Shown here: one piece after another, positions 1-8,080 of the stretch
Layout: every line of letters begins with the position of its first letter
Numbering within the stretch: the stretch's first letter is position 1
Assembly (NCBI GenBank): GCA_046482545.1
Contig: JAWOEX010000038.1
Span: 16,240 to 80,239 of the forward strand
DNA length: 64,000 nucleotides
Direction of reading: 5' to 3'
DNA from: Candidatus Thorarchaeota archaeon
GTDB taxonomy: Archaea > Asgardarchaeota > Thorarchaeia > Thorarchaeales > Thorarchaeaceae
Program-made: the position numbers and the translations under genes
The notes under the pieces: generated by a model
The model's input: the letters and a program-made list of their open reading frames with translations, nothing else
Databases searched by the model: none
Told to the model about the DNA's origin: nothing

Positions 1-84
1 TCCAATATCAAGAATCAAACCGTCATCCGGCAAGCTGGGGAGAGTAATCTTCTGGATTGGGGTTCGCATCACTTCTGTATTCAT
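1..84 (-). CDS. Class I SAM-dependent methyltransferase, N-terminal part (runs off window)
   Basis: Manual translation from ATG at 84: MNTEVMRTPIQKITLPSLPDDGLILDIG, ending at the start of SAM-binding motif I (ILDIG). Confidence 0.55.
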   Translation of the reverse strand, partial: MNTEVMRTPIQKITLPSLPDDGLILDIG

Positions 85-174
85 CCATTCTCTTCCTCAC
101 ACAGATGAGGGTACTCCACAATTCTTTTAACAGTCCTCTTTGCGAGAATTAAATGCACTTGGAGTATGAAAAGT

Positions 175-280
175 GGGCCGGTAGTTCAGCCTGGTAGAAT
201 GCCTCCTTGGCACTTGTCAAGCGTTAGCTTGATCTCCAAAATGGAGGAGGTCACGTGTTCAAATCACGTCCGGTCCACCA
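175..280 (+). tRNA. tRNA-Ala(GGC) with a 29-nt intron at position 37/38 (213-241); CCA encoded
   Basis: Acceptor stem GGGCCGG/CCGGTCC with G3:U70; anticodon stem CCTCC/GGAGG; GGC at 209-211; T-loop GTTCAAATC; ACCA end. Confidence 0.95.
213..241 (+). other. tRNA intron with relaxed BHB motif
   Basis: Central helix TTGG(207-210)/CCAA(236-239); bulges CA|C and AA|T; internal hairpin TCAAGC-GTTA-GCTTGA. Confidence 0.9.
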
Positions 281-361
281 TTAAAAACTTGACAATTTCC
301 GTTTCTTCTTAATCCATCAAAGCTGACAAGACTATTAATTTACAAATCTCAAGGGCAATTC

Positions 362-565
362 ATGCCGATTGTTGAAATCAAGTTATGGACAGGCGTATCT
401 AAAGATGCTGTAGAACAAATCATCCCCGGAGTTACGAAAGTTTTCGTTGGGTTAGGAATTCCGGAACGAGCGGTCGAAGTTATTGTTCAAGAAGTCCCAA
501 AGACCCACTGGGGGATTGAGGGAAAACCAGCTTCAAAAGTGATGGGTGACGAGAAGCCACCCTAA
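362..565 (+). CDS. 4-oxalocrotonate tautomerase family protein
   Basis: N-terminal catalytic Pro (MPIVEI), 67 aa, C-terminal EVPKTHWGIEG motif. Confidence 0.85.
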   Translation: MPIVEIKLWTGVSKDAVEQIIPGVTKVFVGLGIPERAVEVIVQEVPKTHWGIEGKPASKVMGDEKPP

Positions 566-878
566 GGGCTTCTTGGATAAACTATCAAATCCATACACTT
601 TGAGTAAATTATTATCTAGAGAATTGAGGGGTCGAAGTGGAGGATTTCCGTAAGATTTCAGATAAACCGATGGACACGTCGAAGACAGTTCATCTGGCTT
701 CTCTCTTCTCCAACAGTAGGGACTTTTATTGCGCCTGCTTCAAGCAGTTCACTCAATTGTAAGAAATGTCTCATAGAAATACATTGCAGCTATATGAATC
801 TATCATCGAACATTCTATTTACTCCTCTTATGTAGGATTCATATACATATCACCTCGGATACTTCTACAGTGATTATG

Positions 879-2166
879 ATGGTTGATTACAAGGTGAAAG
901 ACATGGATTTGGCCGAGGAAGGCAGGTCTCTGATTGAGTATGCAGAGACGCATATGCCGGTTCTCATGCATTTGCGAGAGAAATACTCAGAGTCGAAACC
1001 GCTCGAAGGAATGAGAATCTCTGGCTGTCTTCATGTAACAAAGGAGACCGCCGTGCTTGTAGAGACACTACGGGCGGTCGGTGCTCAAGTAGCATGGTCT
1101 GGTTGCAACCCTTTGTCAACGAATGACAAGGTAGCAGCAGCTCTTGCGGCAAATGACGTCCCCGTTTTTGCGTGGCACGGGCTTGATACCGAGGACTACT
1201 ACTGGTGTATCGAACAAACACTCAAGATTGAGCCGACAATGACATTGGATGATGGAGCAGATTTGATTTTTACACTGCATAACAAGCATACAGAACTCAT
1301 TGAGAATCTGTATGGCGGCGCAGAAGAAACAACTACTGGAGTCATCCGTGTCAGAGCAATGGCAAAAGATGGTGCACTCAAGTATCCAATCATGGCAGTC
1401 AACGATGCTGATACCAAGCACCTGTTTGACAATGTATACGGTACTGGACAAAGCTCCTTTGATGGAGTGTTGCGAGCATCTGCCATTCTGATAGCCGGGA
1501 AGACTGCTGTGATTGGTGGCTATGGGTACTGTGGACGAGGTCTTGCAACCCGAGCTGATGGTCTTGGGGCAAATGTCATTGTTACAGAAGTGGATCCGGT
1601 GAGAGCACTCAAGGCGCGCATGGACGGGTTCAGAGTGATGCCAATGATTGACGCAGCCCCTGAGGGGGATTTGTTCATCACAGCAACGGGCATGCGAGAT
1701 GTCATCACTAAGGAGCATATGGAAGTGATGAAAGATGGAGCAATCCTCGGAAATGCCGGTCATTATGATGTCGAGGTCAACAAGAATCATCTTGAGGACC
1801 TAGCTAAGACCAAGGAAAGGGTAAGACACGCACTTGATGCATACAGACTCAAAGATGGACGTACGATCTATCTGCTCGGTGATGGACGGCTGGTTAATTT
1901 GGTCGCTGCAGAAGGACATCCTAGTGAGAAGCTGGCATTTGTTGCCGCTTCCTAGAAAGGTCATGGACCTGTCCTTTGCAGCCCAGCTTAACGCAATGCT
2001 ATGGTTGAAAGAGCGTGGTAAGAATCTGGAACCGGATGTCTATGAATTTCCCAAGGAACTGGATCGACAGACTGCGAGACAGAAGCTGGAAACCATGGGC
2101 ATTGACATTGACACACTCAATGCTAAACAGCAAGAATATGCCACTTCATATGCAGAAGGAACATGA
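879..2166 (+). CDS. ahcY: S-adenosylhomocysteine hydrolase (418 aa after removing the 31-nt intron at 1927-1957)
   Basis: Motifs GCLHVT, CNPLST, LDDGAD, EETTTG, KHLFDNVYGTGQS, GYGYCGRG; spliced join gives EGHPSEVMDLSFA; archaeal-type C-terminus ending EGT. ORFs 870..1955 and 1834..2166 carry the two exons. Confidence 0.93.
1927..1957 (+). other. Putative BHB-type mRNA intron in ahcY (AGAAGCTGGCATTTGTTGCCGCTTCCTAGAA)
   Basis: Central 4-bp helix CTAG(1921-24)/CTAG(1952-55); 3-nt bulges TG|A and AA|A; flanking helices ATC/GGT and GAAGC/GCTTC; removal restores frame and conserved motif. Confidence 0.88.
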
Positions 2167-2173
2167 AAAAGGA

Positions 2174-2194
2174 CGGACAAATAGCTTCTGTCCG
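2174..2194 (+). terminator. Possible terminator hairpin after ahcY
   Basis: CGGACA...TGTCCG inverted repeat just after the stop codon. Confidence 0.35.
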
Positions 2195-2271
2195 CTTGTA
2201 TGTTGGAAGATGGGCAATTGCATCCAGCTGTAATTCTTTCATCCATCTGATAGAAGGAGAGGCATCATGCA

Positions 2272-2832
2272 TTGAGCAAGAAATTACTTTTCCTACGACA
2301 TTCTGAGTCTGAACTGGATTTTAGCATCCCAGCGAGTCAATGGGGTCTTAGTAGGAGGGGTAGACGCCAAGCCAAGGAGCTGGCTCTATCGGGCTCATTC
2401 GATGATGTCGAGTACGTAATCACTTCAGAAGAAAAGAAGGCGCTTCAAACGGCTACACCGATTGCAGAACGAAATTCTCTCACTATCTACGAAATGTCGG
2501 AATTCAACGAACTCAATCGGGATGTAGCGACACCAGTAACGATAGCTGAGTATGAGGCTGCCGTAAAGCGAGCGTTGGAACATCCTCATCAAAACATTCA
2601 CGGTTGGGAACGGGCCTCAAAAGCACTGAAGCGCTTTACACGAGGTGTACATATTACAAAAAGCGGCGATGGCGAGAGAATCTTGGTTGTATCTCATGGG
2701 ATTGTGCTTACTCTCTATTTTGGCCTATTGACCAATGAGATGGATAATCTCTACAAACGCTGGAAGAAGCTGGGTTTCGATGATTGGGGGATAGTAAAAA
2801 ATGAAAAAGTAGTGAAAGACATTATTCACTAG
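2272..2832 (+). CDS. Histidine phosphatase (phosphoglycerate mutase-like) family protein
   Basis: FLRHSES (RHG variant), ITSEEKKALQTA, FNEL, VVSHG. Confidence 0.8.
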   Translation: MSKKLLFLRHSESELDFSIPASQWGLSRRGRRQAKELALSGSFDDVEYVITSEEKKALQTATPIAERNSLTIYEMSEFNELNRDVATPVTIAEYEAAVKRALEHPHQNIHGWERASKALKRFTRGVHITKSGDGERILVVSHGIVLTLYFGLLTNEMDNLYKRWKKLGFDDWGIVKNEKVVKDIIH

Positions 2833-2903
2833 GAGAGATAGACTCTACTTTTCCAAATAATCTACGCTCAGATTGCTGGTTACTTTACGATTCTCTCCTC
2901 CGA

Positions 2904-4157
2904 CTAGGAAGAAATCTCGGCATGCGCTTTAGATGCCCTTTCGTGTTCACCTTCTTTTGCTCTTTCTTCACTCCTTGCGGCGGGCAAATAAGCCAGAATC
3001 GGAAAGAGAATTAAAGATAGAAAGAATGGTGTTAATCTATCGATATTTTCTTCTGCACCCAACAAGAAAGCGGCTATTCCACCCAAAACTGAGAACAGAC
3101 CAGAAAAGGATCTTGCACTCTCTACAACGCCTTGTGCTTCTCCACGTCTTGTGTCTTCGGAGTGGCCAGCAGCCAGCGAAACTGAAGACACAGAAATGAG
3201 TGGCCATATTGGGAAGATCCACACCATAGCTGCACTAATTGGGTGATTTAGAATGCCCAGAAGGAAGAGCCCAAGATTTCCAAAGATGCCTAGTCTCAAT
3301 GCAAAAGAATCACCGATGCGATCAGTAAGCTTGCCATAACCAAAGGAACCGATAGCTCCTGCCAATCCACTAAGTGCACTGATGATACCAATCCAGAAAC
3401 TCTCCTTTCCATATATCTCATACATCTTTACTTGGAAAAGTGGCAGAAACACTCCACGACCTACACTGATGAGGAGAATAGCCATTGTAACCTGAAAGAG
3501 AACTGGCTTCATATTTCGAAGACCCTCCAAGACACCTCTGCTGGGGGAAGCTTCAGTCTCGATGTCTTCCTCTTGAAACAGGATAAGAAAAATCGCCATG
3601 GCGATGATGTGGATTGCAGCGGTGAACGTGAATGTAAGATAAAGAGGCCAGATGTCCCAAATATAACCAATCAAAAGTCCACCCAACCCCCATCCGGCTG
3701 ATGAGAATAGGAAGAATGCACCAATATTGCTTGCTCTTTGTTCCTCTTTTTGTTCCATCAGCGTAATGGCTGCATTACGAACAGGATTGTACAGGGAGGT
3801 GAACAAGGAAGCCAACATATAGGCGAAGAGAAGCATCCCTAAATGTAGAATACCTGAACCAGATGCCAGTTCAGTAAGCGGGAAAGTGATTGTGAACGCT
3901 GCCTGTCCTAGCATAGAAAGGGCAAGCAGCTTTTTCCTAGAAGCGAATATGTCACTAATGTATCCCCAAACCCAAGAAAGTGAGATTGCTGTTATGGCAA
4001 CAATGGTTCTACATAAGGAACTAGCTACAAATCCATACAGGTCGTAGACATAGAGGGGAATGAACGTAAAGTACAATGACAGAATAAAGCCGCCCGTAAT
4101 CTGCATAGGAATGAGCGCAAATCCGCTTCTAGACCGAAGAATAGATTTCTCTGTCAT
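2904..4157 (-). CDS. MFS transporter
   Basis: About 12 hydrophobic segments; motif-A-like WGYISDIFASRK and GKLTDRIGD. Confidence 0.85.
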   Translation of the reverse strand: MTEKSILRSRSGFALIPMQITGGFILSLYFTFIPLYVYDLYGFVASSLCRTIVAITAISLSWVWGYISDIFASRKKLLALSMLGQAAFTITFPLTELASGSGILHLGMLLFAYMLASLFTSLYNPVRNAAITLMEQKEEQRASNIGAFFLFSSAGWGLGGLLIGYIWDIWPLYLTFTFTAAIHIIAMAIFLILFQEEDIETEASPSRGVLEGLRNMKPVLFQVTMAILLISVGRGVFLPLFQVKMYEIYGKESFWIGIISALSGLAGAIGSFGYGKLTDRIGDSFALRLGIFGNLGLFLLGILNHPISAAMVWIFPIWPLISVSSVSLAAGHSEDTRRGEAQGVVESARSFSGLFSVLGGIAAFLLGAEENIDRLTPFFLSLILFPILAYLPAARSEERAKEGEHERASKAHAEISS

Positions 4158-4243
4158 CTCGGACCCCCATCAGTATTGTTTGCAACCTCGTGTCGAAAGG
4201 CGGTTGACTGTTGGCGATTCTAGCTACTGACAATTCGTCTACT

Positions 4244-5380
4244 TCAGATGCTGTCAATTTCTTTAATCTTGGCGATAATTTCGGTTGGCAACTGTGGCAT
4301 ACCTGTTGGTTTCTGCATCAAGTGAATTGGCGTTGATGAAGCAGCTCCTTTCACCATGTGGTAGATTTGACCCATATTCTGCTCGGCCACAATTACATGC
4401 TCCACTTCTGATGCCATATTAGCGACGATTTGTTCAGGAAATGGCCATACCGTCTTCAATCTCAGCATCCCCGCCTTAATACCCTCTTCTCTGACTTCTC
4501 GGATGGCTTTTCGCCCGCTGCGTGATGGTGTTCCATACGCAACCAATGCTATCTCAGCATCGTCGAGCATGAATTTCTCAACTTCGACAATGTCATCCAT
4601 GTGATCGAGAATCTTACTGTTGAGGCGGTTGATTAATCTCATCTGGACATCATCGGCATCAGTTGGGTATCCACGTTCATCGTGAGTAAGGCCAGTTGCA
4701 TAGAACTGGTATTCTGAACCAAATAGTGCCATCGGAGGAATTTGATCATCATCAGGTTTGAATGGTAGATACTCCGAAGGATCAACCGTTGGTTGCTTTC
4801 GGTCTACGATTTCTATGTCATCTTGATCTGGAATGATAAGACGTTCTCTCATGTGGCCTACCGTTTCATCTGCTAGCACAAACACAGGAACTCTATATTT
4901 CTCAGCCAAGTTGAATGCCTTTACCGTCTCATCAAACATCTCTTGAACTGAAGCTGGGGTTAGGGCAATGATTTGATAGTCTCCATGGCTACCCCATTTT
5001 GCCTGCATGACGTCACCTTGCTGTCCCCGTGTGGGTTGCCCGGTGCTTGGTGCACCTCTCATGATATTGACCAACACCAACGGTGTTTCAGTCATTACAG
5101 CCAGACCTATTGCTTCTAGCATGAGACTGACACCTGGTCCAGAGGTTGCAGTCATAGACTTTGTGCCCGTCCAAGAAGCTCCTATTACGCTCGTAATTGA
5201 TGCAATCTCATCTTCGTACTGCACATATGAGCCACCAACTTCTGGCATTCGTTGCGACATGCGTTCTGCTATTTCTGTGGCCGGTGTAATCGGATAACCA
5301 CCGAAATACCTGCAACCCGCATGTAGCGCTCCTTCTGCGCATGCGATGTCGCCCATGGTAAACATTGTCTGTTCAGGCAA
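4244..5380 (-). CDS. korA: 2-oxoacid:ferredoxin oxidoreductase alpha subunit
   Basis: GYPITPATEI, QYEDEIA, TATSGPG, RGAPSTG motifs. Confidence 0.9.
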   Translation of the reverse strand: MPEQTMFTMGDIACAEGALHAGCRYFGGYPITPATEIAERMSQRMPEVGGSYVQYEDEIASITSVIGASWTGTKSMTATSGPGVSLMLEAIGLAVMTETPLVLVNIMRGAPSTGQPTRGQQGDVMQAKWGSHGDYQIIALTPASVQEMFDETVKAFNLAEKYRVPVFVLADETVGHMRERLIIPDQDDIEIVDRKQPTVDPSEYLPFKPDDDQIPPMALFGSEYQFYATGLTHDERGYPTDADDVQMRLINRLNSKILDHMDDIVEVEKFMLDDAEIALVAYGTPSRSGRKAIREVREEGIKAGMLRLKTVWPFPEQIVANMASEVEHVIVAEQNMGQIYHMVKGAASSTPIHLMQKPTGMPQLPTEIIAKIKEIDSI

Positions 5381-5383
5381 TGA

Positions 5384-5722
5384 CTAGTCCTCCTCTTCCT
5401 GTTCGAATTCAGGAATCAGTGTCCCCTTCTCCAAATTCCCTTTTTCGTAGGCTTTTCGCGCTTTGTCTCTTTCTGTTAAGAAAATTGCCATATCCGGACA
5501 AATCCTTTCACAGAACTCGCAATTCACGCATGCGTCGATATCACAAGCTGTGACGGGATGATATCCTTTCTCATTGTACTTGCTTTCATCAATGCATAGC
5601 ACATTTTTTGGGCAGAACTCAGTGCATAACTCACATTGTTTACACTGTTCCTGCAAAATAACCAGTACTTCTTCCCTCACGCGGGGTGGTTTTGGAGTGA
5701 TTGGCTCTCGAGTACTAGACAC
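5384..5722 (-). CDS. korD: 2x[4Fe-4S] ferredoxin, 2-oxoacid oxidoreductase delta subunit
   Basis: CKQCELCTEFCP and CVNCEFCERICP; directly upstream of korA. Confidence 0.85.
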   Translation of the reverse strand: MSSTREPITPKPPRVREEVLVILQEQCKQCELCTEFCPKNVLCIDESKYNEKGYHPVTACDIDACVNCEFCERICPDMAIFLTERDKARKAYEKGNLEKGTLIPEFEQEEED

Positions 5723-5953
5723 GGCTTCTTTCTCCTTGGTCGCTCCGATAAACTCAATGAGAGGTTTTGGTGTACACCAAAGCTCTACCAGGTCGGCCTG
5801 ATTCTATCGCTGAAGACGGAGTATTTGAGAATATTGGTACCCTCACAACCTTCCTTCTTACATTCAAATAGATGGTTGTCTTTTTCATCGCCATAGTAGT
5901 TAAGAGGTGTGGGTGTGGAGATATGACTGTACCCCTTGTTGGAGCGATAGCAC

Positions 5954-6418
5954 TTGCCTGAGAAAATACCGCCACAGGATGAATTAGAACAATCTATCAA
6001 AGGAAAAACGCTCCGTGTATACTGGTATATGCTTCGCCATCCTGAACCGATGACAGCTCGAGAGATACAACATGGGACCGATCTTTCGAGTCCATCATTG
6101 TCCATGCATCATTTGGAAAAAATGAAGGACATAGGACTCGTCAACAAAGACCGGCACGGGCGGTATACTGTTAGGAGAGATATCCGCGTGGGCATGCTGA
6201 AGCAGTTTATCGGCAGAGGGCGTTTGATGGTACCAAGATATCTTTTCTATGCTACATTTTACTCTTCGCTCACTGCAGCACTTGCTACATTACTATGGTA
6301 TTTTATTGACTGGTATTCTGTCTTGCTTCTGTTTCTTATGGCATCGGTCTGTGCTGTCCTGTGGTATGAAGCATTCCGAATATGGAGAAATGTCCCGTTC
6401 CCGGAGGAGGAAGAATGA
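5954..6418 (+). CDS. Winged-helix transcription regulator with two C-terminal TM helices
   Basis: TAREIQHGTDLSSPSLSMHHLEKMKDIGLV wHTH followed by two hydrophobic segments. Confidence 0.75.
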   Translation: MPEKIPPQDELEQSIKGKTLRVYWYMLRHPEPMTAREIQHGTDLSSPSLSMHHLEKMKDIGLVNKDRHGRYTVRRDIRVGMLKQFIGRGRLMVPRYLFYATFYSSLTAALATLLWYFIDWYSVLLLFLMASVCAVLWYEAFRIWRNVPFPEEEE

Positions 6419-7425
6419 AATTGAAAAAGTATACCCGCCATAATTTCGTGCAAAAACAGTATTCCGAACACCAAACCCAGATTGCTGATTCTGTTTGGCT
6501 GTGGTCGAAAGCGGGAAGACGAAAAGGAGCAGTCTTACTCCCATTGCTTTTCATGCTCTTTGCACTTCCTTTGATTTCAACTGCAGGCTTTTGGAAGTTA
6601 TCTTCACTTAGTGAAGGTTCAACTGTTACAGTATCGGCAGAACCTCCTGAGCTAAATCTGACATACTACTCATTGTGGAACGAATCCAAGACACCAGTTA
6701 AACTGGGAGGCGACACACTTATTGGCGATCACATAATCCTAAATGCTACGTGGACGCCTGACACTACTATTGAGAAAACAGCGCTGGATGTTCGTGCTCC
6801 GGCTATACCGGCGAATATCACAAATGTAAGTACTTCCAGTAGCATAGAAATAAACACTCGAAAGCTAGGCAACAATGCTACCTGTATTATTAATGCAACC
6901 GCTTGGTGGGGCGATGGTTACGTTACCTATAAGCTCTTTCACGAGATCTTCATTGGCAATTTCTTCGTCCCTCATTTGGAGCTGCAAGATCCCAATGGCG
7001 GCGAGGTCTGGACTGGGGTAAACAATGTGACTTGGACCGCGGAGGACAACAATATAGAAGAGAATCTTACGTTCGAAGTGCTTCTGTCAGCAGATGCTGG
7101 TGCTAGTTATCAATTGCTTCGTGCAGATTTGAACAGAACTTGGTTCGAGTGGAACTGTACTGGCTTTCTCAATCTGACGACTTACAAGATTCAGGTGAGA
7201 GCAACAGATGGAATCTACATAGTATCTGATGAATCTGACAACACTTTCACTGCCGGAGACATATATGCATCTCCCACTACCACAACTACAATAACTGGAA
7301 CAACCACTACGACTACTCGACCAACTACATTGTCGCCGGAGATAGGGCTGATAATCTCCGTAACCATAGTAGCTAGTGCGTTCCTTGCTGTGGGAGTCTA
7401 CTACGTTGCCAAAACAAGGCTTTAA
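6415..7425 (+). CDS. Exported, C-terminally anchored protein with Ig/Fn3-like domains and Thr-rich linker
   Basis: ATG at 6415 overlaps the upstream TGA (ATGA) behind GGAGG; N-terminal hydrophobic segment, many NxS/T sequons, poly-Thr, TM helix and basic tail. Confidence 0.75.
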   Translation: MKLKKYTRHNFVQKQYSEHQTQIADSVWLWSKAGRRKGAVLLPLLFMLFALPLISTAGFWKLSSLSEGSTVTVSAEPPELNLTYYSLWNESKTPVKLGGDTLIGDHIILNATWTPDTTIEKTALDVRAPAIPANITNVSTSSSIEINTRKLGNNATCIINATAWWGDGYVTYKLFHEIFIGNFFVPHLELQDPNGGEVWTGVNNVTWTAEDNNIEENLTFEVLLSADAGASYQLLRADLNRTWFEWNCTGFLNLTTYKIQVRATDGIYIVSDESDNTFTAGDIYASPTTTTTITGTTTTTTRPTTLSPEIGLIISVTIVASAFLAVGVYYVAKTRL

Positions 7426-7752
7426 CATTCAACCAAGTATTTTATTCATAAACGGCTGCGTATTGAGGCGTGTTTAGTAAGCCCAAGCTCTTTGGGCTCT
7501 AAACCATGACTAAACCAAGAAGTTCTGTGTAGTATGGGACTGGGAGCTCGCATTTCTTCTCTCCCAGCTCCTTATTCGATTGGCCCTGCATCGATATCTT
7601 CTTGCATGAAGCCTACATCAACCCTCTTAGAGCACATCGTATAACGATTTATGTCTGCCATCAGATGGCCTCTGAACTCTCATGTTGCGGTATGGAGTCT
7701 CTGCTCGATTGTTATGAGCGTTCAGAAGCAGAAAAGCACAGATTCAGCTTCT

Positions 7753-7950
7753 CTATTGATAGTCGTAGTCTGTTAGTGACAACAAGCCCTTGTTGCCTAT
7801 CCTAGCATTTGTGAGCCCTTCATCTTCAGCTATCCTCTTTGCGTCCTCTGCATGTTCTCTACTTGTTCTGGGCAAATCAGACATTGCATGGTGGGGTTGA
7901 AATCCGAGCAGAGCAGTTGGGATTGATGGATTGCACTCAGCTACGAATCC
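7753..7950 (-). pseudogene. 3' remnant of a PflA-like (COG1180-type) radical SAM gene
   Basis: Manual translation GFVAECNPSIPTALLGFQPHHAMSDLPRTSREHAEDAKRIAEDEGLTNARIGNKGLL...; in-frame stop at 7977-7975 just upstream; no start codon upstream of the homologous segment and no CxxxCxxC. Confidence 0.65.
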
Positions 7951-7959
7951 AGAATATGA

Positions 7960-8018
7960 AAATCTTACAGAATCCTAAATAAATCGGCACATAGAAGTGC
8001 AAAATATCTGTAAGATTT
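7960..8018. repeat. 12-bp perfect inverted repeat enclosing a small hairpin
   Basis: AAATCTTACAGA (7960-71) / TCTGTAAGATTT (8007-18); inner GCAC-ATAGAA-GTGC. Confidence 0.8.
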
Positions 8019-8080
8019 CCTGTATGCCTTCTTATGACCAAGGGCGAGGGGAGTTTATTAGGCCTAGTAAGAAATCCGAG

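Noticed and set aside
566-869. SAH/SAM riboswitch upstream of ahcY
   Set aside because: No recognisable consensus or stable structure in this AT-rich region.
870-2166. ahcY as a frameshifted pseudogene or programmed ribosomal frameshift
   Set aside because: The break is a discrete 31-nt insert with exact BHB geometry, there is no slippery sequence, and both exons are intact.
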